A program made the position numbers and the translations under genes. DNA of 64,000 nucleotides from Candidatus Omnitrophota bacterium. Its GTDB lineage: Bacteria > Omnitrophota > Gorgyraeia > Gygaellales > Profunditerraquicolaceae. A model generated the notes under the pieces. The model saw only the letters and a list, made by a program, of their open reading frames with translations. It was not told the DNA's origin and did no database searches. This document shows, piece by piece, positions 27,241-44,143 of the stretch; positions within the stretch are counted from its first letter, which is position 1, and every line of letters begins with the position of its first letter. The stretch spans positions 206,932 to 270,931 of the forward strand of contig JAUSED010000005.1 of the NCBI GenBank assembly GCA_030650425.1, read 5' to 3'.

Positions 27241-27738
27241 ATGGAATTACTTAAGCTTTTAAGCACTAACGAAATTATCGCGCAGGTTTTGGGGTTCCTT
27301 ATCCTATTAACCCTGCTTAGGGTTTTTGCCTGGAAGAAGATTCTTGGCCTTCTGGATAAGCGTAAAGAATATGTTGTTTCAGAGCTAAAGGGAATAGAGG
27401 ATGCCAAGGCGGATATAGCAAAGATTAAGCTTGAGTATGCTGCCAATATGGCCTCGATTGAAGAAACGGCAAAAGAAAAACTTCATCAAGCGTTCAATGA
27501 ATCCAAGATTATTCTAGAGGATGCCCGCAAGTCCGCGCATCTGGCGGCTCAGGAAATAATTGATAACGCGAAAAAGAGCGTTCAATACGAGCTTGCCAAA
27601 GCCAAGGATGAATTAAAAAATGAGATTATTGATTTAACGGTTAAGGCTGCCGAGAATATTATTCAAGAGAAGCTTACCGGAGCAGGGGATAGGAAGATAG
27701 TGGAGAATTTTTTAGGCGAGTTAGATAAGCTGGAATGA
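27241..27738 (+). CDS. atpF: ATP synthase subunit b
   Basis: N-terminal TM plus coiled coil; order. Confidence 0.9.
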   Translation: MELLKLLSTNEIIAQVLGFLILLTLLRVFAWKKILGLLDKRKEYVVSELKGIEDAKADIAKIKLEYAANMASIEETAKEKLHQAFNESKIILEDARKSAHLAAQEIIDNAKKSVQYELAKAKDELKNEIIDLTVKAAENIIQEKLTGAGDRKIVENFLGELDKLE

Positions 27739-28277
27739 CGGATAGGCTGGCAGTAAAGAGATATGCCGAGGCGTTCATGGGTTTTGCCGGGGAGAGTATC
27801 GGGTTTGATAAGGCCGCGCAGGATCTTAAGAATATCAAGTTGCTTATTCAGAAAAATAAAGGATTCTTGACGCTGATCGAAAGTCTCGATATATCGTATT
27901 CCGAGAAATGCGCTTTTATCGATAAGGTTTTAGATGATAATTTCTCCGGAGAATTCAGGCAGTTTTTGAAGCTTCTTTTGGAAAAGCGGCGCATTGATAT
28001 AATTACTGATATTGCTGATTATGTAAGAATCGCTTACGCGCATTTGGGAAAGACCGAAGCGGTTTTAAAAACAAGCTTTCCTTTGGATTTGGATTTGATC
28101 AAAGAGATAAAAGAGCGGCTGGAAAAGAAATTTAAGCGCAGGTTCAAGTTCTATATTGATTTAGACGCAAGCCTGCTCGGAGGGGTGCAGGTGATTATCG
28201 GTAATACTATAATCGACGGTTCAGTGCGCAGGCGTTTAGATGATTTGAAAGAAAAACTTTTAACCGTAAGGATTTAA
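27735..28277 (+). CDS. atpH: ATP synthase subunit delta
   Basis: [16 protein letters not shown]...IDGSV. Confidence 0.9.
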   Translation: MTDRLAVKRYAEAFMGFAGESIGFDKAAQDLKNIKLLIQKNKGFLTLIESLDISYSEKCAFIDKVLDDNFSGEFRQFLKLLLEKRRIDIITDIADYVRIAYAHLGKTEAVLKTSFPLDLDLIKEIKERLEKKFKRRFKFYIDLDASLLGGVQVIIGNTIIDGSVRRRLDDLKEKLLTVRI

Positions 28278-28278
28278 T

Positions 28279-29804
28279 ATGACATTAAGGCCGGAAGAGG
28301 TAACTTCAGTTATTCGCCAAGAGTTAGAGAAATACAAGACCCGTATGCGTTCGGAGTCTATCGGTACGGTCATCCAAGTCGGAGACACGATTGCCCGTAT
28401 TCATGGCCTAGACGACGTAATGGTAGGCGAACTTGTCCAGTTTTCGGAAAATGTCATGGGGATGGTCTTAAATCTGGAAGAAGAAAGCGTAGGCGTGGTT
28501 ATTTTTGGCACGGATAATCCCGATAAGAATATTAAAGAAGGCGATATTGTCAAGAGGACAGGAAAAATAGTCGAGGTTCCGGTGGGAGAGGGGCTTATCG
28601 GGCGGGTAGTGAACGCGTTAGGCCGGCCGATTGACGGCAAGGGCCCGATTAATACCAATAAATTACGGCCTATAGAATCCAAGGCGCCTAATGTTGTTGA
28701 GCGTCAACCCGTATGTGAATCGCTCGAGACCGGGATTAAGGCGATTGACGCGATGACGCCGATCGGCCGGGGCCAGCGCGAATTAATTATCGCTGACCGT
28801 CAGACAGGCAAAACCGCTATCACCATCGATACGATTATCAATCAAAAAGGCAAAGGGGTATATTGTATTTATGTTGCCATCGGGCAAAAACTTTCCAGCG
28901 TAGTCGCGGTTTCCGAAATCCTGAAAAAACACGGGGCAATGGAATATACTACGATTGTCAGCGCCTCAAGCCGCGCCTCCGCTTCTTTGCAGTACTTGGC
29001 GCCTTACTCCGGATGCGCGATGGCCGAAGAGCTGCTCTATTCCGGAAAACACGTTTTAGTCATCTATGATGATCTGACGAAACACGCGCAGGCTTACCGC
29101 CAGCTCTCATTGCTTTTACGCAGGCCTCCGGGAAGAGAGGCTTATCCCGGAGACATATTTTATCTGCATTCGCGCTTATTGGAGCGCGCGGCAAAACTAA
29201 ATGACGCTCTCGGCGCGGGTTCATTTACGGCCATTCCGATCGTCGAGACTCAAGCCGGAGATATCACCAGCTATATTCCCACTAATGTAATTTCTATTAC
29301 CGACGGCCAGATTTATTTAGAGAACGACCTTTTTTACGCCGGGGTACGCCCGGCGATAAACGTAGGGTTATCCGTTTCACGGGTGGGAGGAAAAGCTCAG
29401 GTAAAAGCTATGCGTCAGGTAGCCGCAAAGCTTAGATTAGATCTGGCGCAATACAGGGAGCTGGTCACTTTTACGCAATTCGGCACGGAATTGGATAAGG
29501 CCACGCAGGCACAATTAGCTCGCGGGGAGAGAATGGTGGAGATCTTAAAACAGGAACAGTTTAATCCTCTTTCTGTATCCAAACAAGTAATGATTATTTA
29601 CTGCGGCACGCGCGGTTTCTTAGACGAGCTTCCGGTAGGAATAATCAAGAAATTTGAAGCGCGGTTCTTTCAGTATATGGATAAACATAATCCCGAAATC
29701 TCCGCGGAAATAGAGTCCAAGAAAGAGCTAAGCCAGTTACTTATGCAAAAAATGGATGCGGCTATAACTGTTTTCAAGGAAGAGTTTATAAAAGATAACA
29801 AACT

Positions 29805-29808
<4 letters not shown>
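28279..29808 (+). CDS. atpA: ATP synthase subunit alpha
   Basis: [25 protein letters not shown]. Confidence 0.97.
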
Positions 29809-32323
<2,515 letters not shown>

Positions 32324-32335
32324 AATAAAAATCCG

Positions 32336-34242
32336 ATGGATAAAGAAGAGGCAATAGGTGATTTCTTAAAAGGGCTGCGTATAGCCATTAACAATTCTCT
32401 GGCTTACTCCCGCCAGCACCCTTATTTCTTAAAAAACTCCCAAGACTTTAAAGAAAAAATTGACGAAATACTTAACTTTTTAAATCCCGTAAAAGTTAAC
32501 GTTACCCCCGAAACCTTATTTCTAGATGGAAAAGACCGGGGTAAAGTTCCTTTTGTTACGGAGTTGGCCCGTCTTTTACATCAGCGTAAGATTAAGAGCG
32601 TAGAGATTAAGCCCGGCTTAACCGTCAATGAGATAGCGGATTTCTTAAGCTTTCTATCTCTGCAGCCGAAAGAAATTATCAAGAATGGCGGTTTGTCCCG
32701 CTTGCTAAAGAATGCGGAGAGTGAACATATCTCTGTTGAAGATTTGGATTATTCAGCGCTCTTGGGCGCAGAGGGAGAAGAGGCTAAGGATATCTGGCTG
32801 TATATGTTTAAAGAGGCGGTAGAGAAGCAGGATGTTAAAAAAATAAATGAATTCGCGGATAACTTCTCTCAAAACGTAAATAAACTTAGCGTGAACGAGC
32901 TGGTTGAGGATGATAAATTAAGGGAAAACCTGGGCAGTTTTCTTAGTCATTTAAAAGAAGAGGAAAAAGAAAAATTTTCCAAATGTTCTCAGGAGCTCTC
33001 CAATGTTATTATGGACTCAGCTGCCCAAATCAGCGTTGATCATGTTGATAAGCTGAAAGAAATATTCAAGGATTTTGACAGTAATGATTTTTCGGATGTT
33101 TTACTTTCCCGGTTATCCGGCGAAAGCGGATTAAATGCCTTGAACCTGGGATTATTCTCCCGCCTCGCGGGAGAGGATAAGGCGAATAAGATTACCTCCG
33201 GGTTATTAAGTAAGGTTGAAGGGAGGACGGATTTAAAAAATAACGCCGCCTTATTCAAAAAAATTACAAATCTACTATCCGGAACAGACGCTGAAACGGT
33301 TTCTCCTGCTTACCACGCCGCCCTTACCGCTTTAATGAAGGATATTTCTACCAGCAGCAGCCTGTTTTTTGACCGCGAAAAATTGCGGGTTAATTACCGC
33401 ATGATTATGCTTAATCTGTTCGCTCAAGAAGAGAGCCCGGAGGGGCTCGAGCTGATCGCTAAGAGGTTGAGCGAAGAATGGGAGAGCATAGTTCAGGAGA
33501 AGGATTACAGCTTTTTGAGGTATTTATTAGATACCCTGAAGAAAAAGAAGGGACGATCGCCTTTAGATTTATTGGAGGGCATGGAAAAGAAGATTGCCCA
33601 GATTATTGAAAGCGATCTCTGGGATGGAGAGCTGTCCGGGGATTTGATTTATTTAGCCGACTCTTTAGAAAAGAGTTATTCGACGGCTAATTTTTATCTA
33701 GATAAGATATTTCAGGAAAAAAAACTTAGTGCTTACGGATTAAAGTTATTCTTGAAGTTTTTCCCCGCGGAGCTAAGTAACTTCTATGGGTTCTTGAAGG
33801 AAAGGCATACTGATTTTGAGTTAATCAGCGCAATCATTAAGGATCTGGCGCAGGTTAATTTGCCGGTTTCTTTAGCTGTCTTAAAAGAAATCTTCTCTTT
33901 TGGGAATGAGTTGATTAAACTAGAGGTATTGAAAGCCATGCAGAGCGCCCGGGAATTTGATCCGGAGTTTATCATTCCTCTGCTTAAAGAGAAAAGCGTA
34001 ATCTTAAGGAGAGAGGCGTTATCGGTTTTACTTAGAGATAGCCAAGCTAAGCAAAAGGCGATTAGCATACTTTTGGGAATCCCGAGTCTCTGGGGCATGG
34101 AAAATCAGCTAATTTTAGAAAATATTATGATTATCGAGGAATTGAATGTAAGGGAAGCCAAGGATTATTTAATACTTTTAGGGAAAAAGAGATTTTTCTG
34201 GAACAGGGAATTGAGAAATCGGGCGCTTAAGCTGCTGGAGCA

Positions 34243-34252
<10 letters not shown>
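32336..34252 (+). CDS. Helical/HEAT-repeat protein
   Basis: C-terminal HEAT-like repeats; N-terminal domain resembles that of the next gene. Confidence 0.6.
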
Positions 34253-37217
<2,965 letters not shown>

Positions 37218-37218
37218 A

Positions 37219-38316
37219 ATGAACGCGATACTAGCCTTAGAAGACGGAACAATATTTCAAGGCAGGTCTTTTGGCGCCCAAGGCGAAAGATCCGGTGAAG
37301 TAGTTTTTAATACCAGTATGTCCGGGTATCAGGAAGTGATTACTGATCCTTCCTACAAGGGTCAGATTGTAGCGATGACTTATCCTTTAATCGGTAATTA
37401 CGGCGTAAATAGCGAAGATGTTGAATCCTGCAAGCCGTTTATCGAAGGGTTTGTGGTTAAAGAATGCAGTAAAATCGCCAGCAATTGGCGCGCGCAGCAG
37501 CCATTGGCAGAATACCTGAAAGCAAACAATATTCCCGGAATTGAGGGAGTGGATACCCGGCGCCTGACTTTGCATATTAGGCAAAAAGGGGCGATGAAGG
37601 CAGTCTTATCCACGCTTGATTTGGATGTGCAGAGTTTGGTTAAAAAGGCGCAAGGTTCACCGGGTTTAGTCGGCAGGGATTTGGTTAAAGAGGTAATTTG
37701 CGATAAGCCTTATGAATGGAATGAAAAAGGTAAGTTTAAGGTCGTGGCTATGGATTGCGGCATAAAGTTAAACATGTTAAGGATTTTAGAAAGAAAGGGC
37801 TGTCAAGTGGTAGTCGTCCCGGCAACCGCTTCAAGCAGCCAGATACTTCAGATGAAGCCTGACGGGCTCTTGCTCTCTAACGGCCCCGGTGATCCGGCGG
37901 CGCTGCCTTATATCGTAAATACGCTAAAAGAGTTGTTGAATAAACTGCCGATATTCGGAATTTGCCTAGGGCATCAGATGCTCGGACAGGCCTTCGGCGG
38001 GAAGACCTACAAGCTTAAATTCGGCCACCATGGAGCAAATCAACCGGTAAAAGATTTAAAGACGGGTAAGGTATCAATTACCGTGCAAAATCATGGTTTC
38101 TGCGTGGATATGGATTCCTTGAATAAAAAAGAGATAGAATTGACCCATATTAATTTAAATGATCATACCTCGGAAGGCTTACGGCATAAAAAACTGCCGA
38201 TCTTCTCGGTGCAGTTTCATCCTGAATCCTCTGCCGGGCCGCACGACGCGGAGTATTTGTTTGACCAGTTTATAGAGTTGATCAAGAAAAGTAAAAAAAA
38301 TGCCAAAAAGAACTGA
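37219..38316 (+). CDS. carA: Carbamoyl-phosphate synthase small subunit
   Basis: [21 protein letters not shown]. Confidence 0.96.
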   Translation: MNAILALEDGTIFQGRSFGAQGERSGEVVFNTSMSGYQEVITDPSYKGQIVAMTYPLIGNYGVNSEDVESCKPFIEGFVVKECSKIASNWRAQQPLAEYLKANNIPGIEGVDTRRLTLHIRQKGAMKAVLSTLDLDVQSLVKKAQGSPGLVGRDLVKEVICDKPYEWNEKGKFKVVAMDCGIKLNMLRILERKGCQVVVVPATASSSQILQMKPDGLLLSNGPGDPAALPYIVNTLKELLNKLPIFGICLGHQMLGQAFGGKTYKLKFGHHGANQPVKDLKTGKVSITVQNHGFCVDMDSLNKKEIELTHINLNDHTSEGLRHKKLPIFSVQFHPESSAGPHDAEYLFDQFIELIKKSKKNAKKN

Positions 38317-39961
38317 CCTAAAAAAGATCTTAATCATTGGTTCCGGACCGATTGTCATCGGACAGGCTTGCGAATTTGATTATTCCGGAACCCAAGCCTG
38401 TAAAGTATTAAAGCAGGATGGGTTTAAAATAATTTTAGTAAATTCCAATCCCGCGACGATTATGACTGACCCGCAAGTAGCTGACGCTACTTACGTTGAG
38501 CCGATTACGCCGGAAGTTGTGGAGAGGATAATCGCCAGAGAAAGGCCGGATGCCCTTTTACCGACATTAGGAGGTCAGACTGCCTTAAATACCACGGTCG
38601 CCTTAGCGGAAAGAGGGGTATTGAAGAAATATAAAGTAGAGGTCATCGGCGCCAATATTAAAGCAATCAAGAAAGGCGAGGATCGGCAGCTATTTAAAGA
38701 GGCGATGAAAAAAATAGGTTTGGATTTACCGCGCAGCGGCAAGGCCTATAACTTGAAAGAGGCGTTTAAGGTGGCAGGTAAAATAGGTTTTCCTTTAATT
38801 ATCCGGCCGAGTTTTACTTTGGGCGGAACCGGCGGAAGTATGGCTAAGAATAAAGATGAGTTTAAGGATTTAGCTAAGGCCGGGCTTGAATCCAGCATGA
38901 TTAGTGAAATATTGATTGAAGAATCCGTCGCCGGATGGAAAGAGTTTGAACTGGAAGTAATGCGCGACGCGAAAGACAATGTGGTGATTATCTGTTCGAT
39001 TGAGAATTTCGATCCTATGGGAATTCATACCGGAGACAGTATTACCGTAGCCCCGATTCAGACCCTTACTGACAAAGAATATCAGAAGATGCGCGATGCT
39101 TCGATTGCCTGCATAAGAGAGATTGGTGTTGAAACCGGCGGTTCAAATATCCAGTTTGCCGTGCATCCGGATACGGGCCGGATGGTGATTATCGAGATGA
39201 ACCCGCGCGTATCCCGAAGTTCCGCCTTAGCTTCCAAGGCCACTGGTTTTCCGATCGCTAAAATTGCCGCTAAATTAGCCGTAGGTTATACCTTAGATGA
39301 AATCCCTAACGATATTACCCGCGAAACACCTGCCTGTTTTGAGCCGGCGATTGATTACTGCGTCGTTAAGGTGCCGCGTTTTACTTTTGAAAAATTCCCC
39401 TCTGCCGACCCGACCCTTACTGTTTCCATGAAATCCGTCGGTGAAGCGATGTCCATAGGCAGGACATTTAAGGAGGCGCTGCAAAAAGGCCTGCGCTCTT
39501 TGGAGATCAAGAAATACGGGTTGGAAAGTATTTTATTTAGTGATCTGGCGAATGTAAAGGCAGATGAAGATATTAGGAATCTAATCGAGCAAAAGTTAAG
39601 CGTGCCTTGCGCCGAAAGAATATTCTATATCGGAGATGCCTTGAGAATCGGTATGGGGATAGAAAAGATTTTTGAACTTACCCGTATAGACCGCTGGTTT
39701 CTGAGTAATCTTAAAGAGATAATTGATTTCGAGAAAGAGATTGTTAAAAATAAAGCTAATCTATCTAAAGAGACGCTTGTCAAAGCCAAGGAGTTCGGTT
39801 TTAGCGATAAACAGCTGGCTAAACTTCTGGATAAGCAAGAAGAGGAGATTTACGCTTTGCGTAAATCATTTAGTATCGAGCCTGCCTTTAAGCTTGTGGA
39901 TACCTGCGCCGCGGAGTTTCTTGCCCACACCCCGTATTTTTATTCCACTTACGACAAATAA
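38300..39961 (+). CDS. carB: Carbamoyl-phosphate synthase large subunit, N-terminal half only (split CarB)
   Basis: [23 protein letters not shown]; ends at TPYFYSTY, 553 aa. Confidence 0.9.
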   Translation: MPKRTDLKKILIIGSGPIVIGQACEFDYSGTQACKVLKQDGFKIILVNSNPATIMTDPQVADATYVEPITPEVVERIIARERPDALLPTLGGQTALNTTVALAERGVLKKYKVEVIGANIKAIKKGEDRQLFKEAMKKIGLDLPRSGKAYNLKEAFKVAGKIGFPLIIRPSFTLGGTGGSMAKNKDEFKDLAKAGLESSMISEILIEESVAGWKEFELEVMRDAKDNVVIICSIENFDPMGIHTGDSITVAPIQTLTDKEYQKMRDASIACIREIGVETGGSNIQFAVHPDTGRMVIIEMNPRVSRSSALASKATGFPIAKIAAKLAVGYTLDEIPNDITRETPACFEPAIDYCVVKVPRFTFEKFPSADPTLTVSMKSVGEAMSIGRTFKEALQKGLRSLEIKKYGLESILFSDLANVKADEDIRNLIEQKLSVPCAERIFYIGDALRIGMGIEKIFELTRIDRWFLSNLKEIIDFEKEIVKNKANLSKETLVKAKEFGFSDKQLAKLLDKQEEEIYALRKSFSIEPAFKLVDTCAAEFLAHTPYFYSTYDK

Positions 39962-39963
39962 AT

Positions 39964-41358
39964 ATGGCGATTAAAGTAAAATTTTTAGGCGGAGTAAAAA
40001 CAGTTACCGGTTCGAGCCACTTAGTAAGCGCCGGGAAAACCGAAATCCTGCTTGATGCCGGGCTCTTCCAAGGCAGACGCGATGAATCTTATAAAATAAA
40101 TACTACTTTTAGTTTTAATCCCCGCTTGATTAACGCGCTGGTTTTATCGCACGCGCATATCGACCATTGTGGGAATATCCCCAGCTTGATCAAGAAGGGC
40201 CTGCGTTGTAAGATTTATACCACGCTCGCCACAAAAGCTTTGAGCCAGCTTATGCTTAGCGATTCCGGAAAGATCCAAGAAGAGGATGTAAACTATGTGA
40301 ATAAAATAAATAAGAGGATCGGACTCCCTGAAAGAAAGCCTCTCTATACCAAAAAGGAAGCGGCTCGTGCCACCAAAATATTCAGGCCGATTTCTTATCA
40401 CCAGAAATTCTGTATTGCTAAAAATGTTTGCGCGACCCTGCTTGATGCCGGGCATATTCTAGGTTCAGCGGTAATTGTATTGGATATTAAAGATGAAGCT
40501 CGTTCTGTTCGGTTGGGTTATGCCGTAGATTTAGGGAGAAAGAACCTGCCGTTGTTGAATGATCCGGTTATACCAAAAGGCTTGGATTATTTGATTATCG
40601 AAAGTACTTACGGAGGCAGGCTGCACGCTCCGATTGAAGAGGCGCAATCGAAATTAAGAGAGGTGATATCCCGGACGTTACGGCGCGGCGGAAAAGTGCT
40701 TATTCCTTCTTTTACCTTAGAGCGCACGCAGGAGGTAATTTATTTTTTAAATGAGCTTTTAAAAGAAAAGCTTATTCCTAATGTTCCGATCTATGTGGAT
40801 AGCCCGCTGGCCACAGAGATTACTGAAGTATTCGAGGCCCATCCTGATTATCTTGATGAAAAGACCCGTCAGGCGATTACACGGGGGGAGAGCCCTTTCG
40901 CATTTTTAAATTTAAGATTTATTCGTGAACAGAGAGAGTCTAAGGCCTTAAACGCGGATAAACGGCCGATGATTATTATCGCCGGCAGCGGGATGTGCGA
41001 ATCCGGAAGGATCCTGCATCATCTTCAGAATAACATCGAGGATTCCCGGAATACGATTCTGGTCGTCGGTTATATGGCGCACGATACCTTAGGCAGGAAA
41101 ATAGTAGACAGGGAAAAAATTGTGCGTATATTTGGGATAGAATATGAATTGAATGCCGAGGTGGTGGTTATTAACGCGCTCTCGGGCCACGCGGATAAGA
41201 ACGAACTGATGAAATTTATAGCCGGATCTCTCCCGCTTAAACGCATATTCCTTGTTCATGGAGAGGAAGATCAGGCGCTCGCTTTACTCGAGGCGCTTAC
41301 CCGGGAAGGCCTCAATGCCTATATCCCGTCTAAAGACGAAGAGGTGTTGCTTGATTAG
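39964..41358 (+). CDS. MBL-fold beta-CASP ribonuclease
   Basis: SHAHIDH, AGHILG, ESTYG, SGHAD, LVHGE. Confidence 0.9.
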   Translation: MAIKVKFLGGVKTVTGSSHLVSAGKTEILLDAGLFQGRRDESYKINTTFSFNPRLINALVLSHAHIDHCGNIPSLIKKGLRCKIYTTLATKALSQLMLSDSGKIQEEDVNYVNKINKRIGLPERKPLYTKKEAARATKIFRPISYHQKFCIAKNVCATLLDAGHILGSAVIVLDIKDEARSVRLGYAVDLGRKNLPLLNDPVIPKGLDYLIIESTYGGRLHAPIEEAQSKLREVISRTLRRGGKVLIPSFTLERTQEVIYFLNELLKEKLIPNVPIYVDSPLATEITEVFEAHPDYLDEKTRQAITRGESPFAFLNLRFIREQRESKALNADKRPMIIIAGSGMCESGRILHHLQNNIEDSRNTILVVGYMAHDTLGRKIVDREKIVRIFGIEYELNAEVVVINALSGHADKNELMKFIAGSLPLKRIFLVHGEEDQALALLEALTREGLNAYIPSKDEEVLLD

Positions 41359-41417
41359 GGATTGTATGGTAATATTACAAAAGTCAAAAGTTAGCGCAAA
41401 TTCATAAGGAGGATGCA

Positions 41418-41657
41418 ATGACAGGTGGATTTTCAACCCCAAAGAAAGATAAGGCGAATAAAGTTTCCGCAGGGATGAGCGTTAAAACCGGACAGATTTT
41501 GGTAAGAGGGGTAGATACTTACAAGTCTGGTGTTAACGTAAAGGGTTTAGGCACGTTGATTGCTCAATGTCCCGGGGAAGTTTATTTTAGCAAAAAGAAG
41601 ACCAGTCACGGTAAAGTGCGCACCTTCGTGAACGTTAAACCCGCTGAAAAGAAATAG
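41418..41657 (+). CDS. rpmA: Divergent ribosomal protein bL27-like
   Basis: V..GQILVR..., GVNV, TL.A...G.V.F, RTFVNV; N-terminus non-canonical. Confidence 0.7.
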   Translation: MTGGFSTPKKDKANKVSAGMSVKTGQILVRGVDTYKSGVNVKGLGTLIAQCPGEVYFSKKKTSHGKVRTFVNVKPAEKK

Positions 41658-41674
41658 AGAATGTTCTCTTAGGC

Positions 41675-41702
41675 GGTAGCGGACACTTAAGTGTCCGCTA
41701 CC
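41675..41702. repeat. Perfect 28-bp palindrome
   Basis: ggtagcggacacttaagtgtccgctacc. Confidence 0.85.
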
Positions 41703-41728
41703 TAAATTTGGTAACTATTATTTTTTCC

Positions 41729-42838
41729 ATGGTCGATAGGGCAAAACAGTATTCCAACATTAAGTACAGCTTGGAAATCGCTGGTATAATCTACACCTTT
41801 CTCCTTATCTTTCTCTTTCTAAAATCAGGCCTATCTAAAAATCTTGCTTCTACGCTTAGTATCTTCTCGCCGGGATTTTTAGCAGGGGCACGGCATACCA
41901 TGCCCCTACTTTTATACCTATTCATCGTTTCTTTAGGTTACTATATTTTGAACCTTCCGCTGAATATCTATCAATCATATATCTTGGAGCATAAATTTTC
42001 GTTAACTACTCAAAGCCTTGGAAGTTGGTTTAAGGATCAGTTTAAGGCAGGCGCGATTTCTTATGTGATTAGTCTTATATTAGTAGCGGCCTTCTATTTA
42101 ATTTTGCATTATAATCCCGCGAGCTGGTGGTTAGCGCTTTCCATATTCTGGATTATTTTTAGTATCGTCTTGGCCAAGCTCCTGCCTATCGTGATTATCC
42201 CTATTTTTTTCAAATATAAGAAACTAAGTGATGAAAATTTACGGGTGCGGGTTATGAAACTGGCCGCGAAGATGAAAGTCAAGATATTGGATTGTTTCGA
42301 GATCGATTTTAGCAAAAAAACATTGAAAGCTAATGCCGCTTTCGTAGGTATAGGTAATACGCGCAGGGTGATTTTAGCCGATACCTTAAAGGATAAATAT
42401 AGCTATGATGAAATAGAGGTAGTCTTAGCGCATGAGTTCGCGCATTACCAACTGAAGCATCTCTTAAAATTAGTGGTGGTTAATTCACTCTCTACTCTGG
42501 CAATCTTTTATTTAATTTTCCGGACGAACGCCTATATCTTAAATTGGTTTGGTTTATCTTCGCTGAATGATTTGGCCAGCCTGCCGGTTATCTTAATTTA
42601 TTTTATCCTCTTTGGTATAATCACGCAGCCGCTGGAGGCTTTTATTAGTAGGAGTTTTGAGAGGAGCGCGGATTCCTTGGCGCTTGAGACTACAGGATTA
42701 AAAGAAGCCTTTATTTCTACGATGGATAAACTCGCCAAACAAAATCTTAGCGATAGGTCTCCCCACCCGATCATCAAATTCTTCTTTTTTGATCATCCGC
42801 CAATTGATGAGCGCATCAAAATGGCGCGTTCATTATAA
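41729..42838 (+). CDS. M48 (Ste24-like) membrane metallopeptidase
   Basis: ANAAFVG, HEFAH, ERSAD, HPP..ERI. Confidence 0.92.
   Translation: MVDRAKQYSNIKYSLEIAGIIYTFLLIFLFLKSGLSKNLASTLSIFSPGFLAGARHTMPLLLYLFIVSLGYYILNLPLNIYQSYILEHKFSLTTQSLGSWFKDQFKAGAISYVISLILVAAFYLILHYNPASWWLALSIFWIIFSIVLAKLLPIVIIPIFFKYKKLSDENLRVRVMKLAAKMKVKILDCFEIDFSKKTLKANAAFVGIGNTRRVILADTLKDKYSYDEIEVVLAHEFAHYQLKHLLKLVVVNSLSTLAIFYLIFRTNAYILNWFGLSSLNDLASLPVILIYFILFGIITQPLEAFISRSFERSADSLALETTGLKEAFISTMDKLAKQNLSDRSPHPIIKFFFFDHPPIDERIKMARSL
41881..41910 (-). repeat. GTAG-type REP in-frame in the M48 gene
   Basis: Minus strand agtaggggcatggtatgccgtgcccctgct. Confidence 0.7.
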
Positions 42839-42849
42839 AACTCAGAACT

Positions 42850-42920
42850 GTCATTGCGAACCCCGAAGGGGTGAAGCAATCTCTTAAAACACGTGATTGC
42901 TTCGCTTCGCTCGCAATGAC
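42850..42920. repeat. Family C element between convergent genes (possible bidirectional terminator)
   Basis: gtcattgcgaaccccgaaggggtgaagcaatc...gattgcttcgcttcgctcgcaatgac. Confidence 0.88.
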
Positions 42921-42928
42921 TCAAATTT

Positions 42929-44143
42929 TTATTTTATAAAGTCAATTATAATCTTGGCGGCGCGGGCGGAAGCCCCGGATTGGCCTAATGAGGATTTGAC
43001 TGCGGCAAGGTCAGCGCGCATATTTTCCAACTTAACGCGGTTATTGAGGATTTCCAGAGTCTTTTGCGCTATTTTTTTAGGAGAAGCGCCAAACTGGATA
43101 AATTCCGGGATTATTTTTTTACCGGCTATGATATTGACTATCCCGATATAGGGAATTTTAATCTGCGGACGATAGAGCAGATAATTGAGCAAGCCCATCT
43201 TATAAATTATCAGGAAGGGTTTTTGCATGATGGCGGTCTCAAGCGTAGCAGTCCCCGAGCAGACGAGAGCGAAATCCGCGATATTTAGGGCATCGTAAGT
43301 TTTTCCATCTAAAATCTTTAGAAAATTACACGAAGTGTCATTGCGAGCGACCGAAGGGAGCGAAGCAATCTCGTTTTTATGATTGCTTCGTCGGGCTTCG
43401 CCCTCCTCGCAATGACTACGGTTGATTATCCGGTCATAAATTTTCCAATCGGCTTGGGGAGCTTTAGCGATGAGGAATTGAGCGTTGATTTTTTTATTTA
43501 TGAGCGCAGCAACCTTAAGCATTACCGGTAAGATCTTACTTATCTCTTGTTTACGGGAACCAGGAAGGAGGGCAATGGTTGTTTTTTCCGGAGAGAAATT
43601 CAACTTAGCGCGCAGCTCTTCTTTATCGATGCAGGGTTTAACGATATCTAAGAGGGGATGGCCAACGCAATCCGCGTTGATGCCGTGTTTCTTGTAGAAT
43701 CCTTTTTCAAATTCAAAAAGCACAATCATTTTTTGGATGTACTTTTTGATGTTTTTTATGCGCCCAGCTCTAGACGCCCAGACCTGCGGGCTGACATAAT
43801 AGATAGTCGGTATGCGCTTATTGATCGCTTTGGCCAGGCGAAGGTTAAATCCGGAAAAATCTACCAATATCACCGCGTCGAATCTTTCGGACGCTATCTT
43901 TTTTAGAATTAATTTCTTTAAATTGATAAATCGGGGGAGTTTTTTTAAAACATCAAAAAGGCCCATTACGCTTAGGCCTTTAATGTCATAAAATATTTCT
44001 GCTCCTGCCTGAGCAAGCAGCGAGCTGCCTATCCCTGAAATTTGTATATCCGGATTAATTTTTTTTATCGCGGAGACGAGGCCAACCGCGTGCAGTTCGC
44101 CTGAAGGCTCGCCGCAGATAATTAAGATTTGTTTCTTTGCCAT
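42929..44143 (-). CDS. lpxB: Lipid-A-disaccharide synthase
   Basis: GEPSGE, YYVSPQVWA, VGHP, LLPGSR, SGTATLE. Confidence 0.95.
   Translation of the reverse strand: MAKKQILIICGEPSGELHAVGLVSAIKKINPDIQISGIGSSLLAQAGAEIFYDIKGLSVMGLFDVLKKLPRFINLKKLILKKIASERFDAVILVDFSGFNLRLAKAINKRIPTIYYVSPQVWASRAGRIKNIKKYIQKMIVLFEFEKGFYKKHGINADCVGHPLLDIVKPCIDKEELRAKLNFSPEKTTIALLPGSRKQEISKILPVMLKVAALINKKINAQFLIAKAPQADWKIYDRIINRSHCEEGEARRSNHKNEIASLPSVARNDTSCNFLKILDGKTYDALNIADFALVCSGTATLETAIMQKPFLIIYKMGLLNYLLYRPQIKIPYIGIVNIIAGKKIIPEFIQFGASPKKIAQKTLEILNNRVKLENMRADLAAVKSSLGQSGASARAAKIIIDFIK
43337..43416. repeat. Family C element in-frame inside lpxB
   Basis: gtcattgcgagc...gaagcaatc...gattgcttcg...ctcgcaatgac. Confidence 0.9.
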
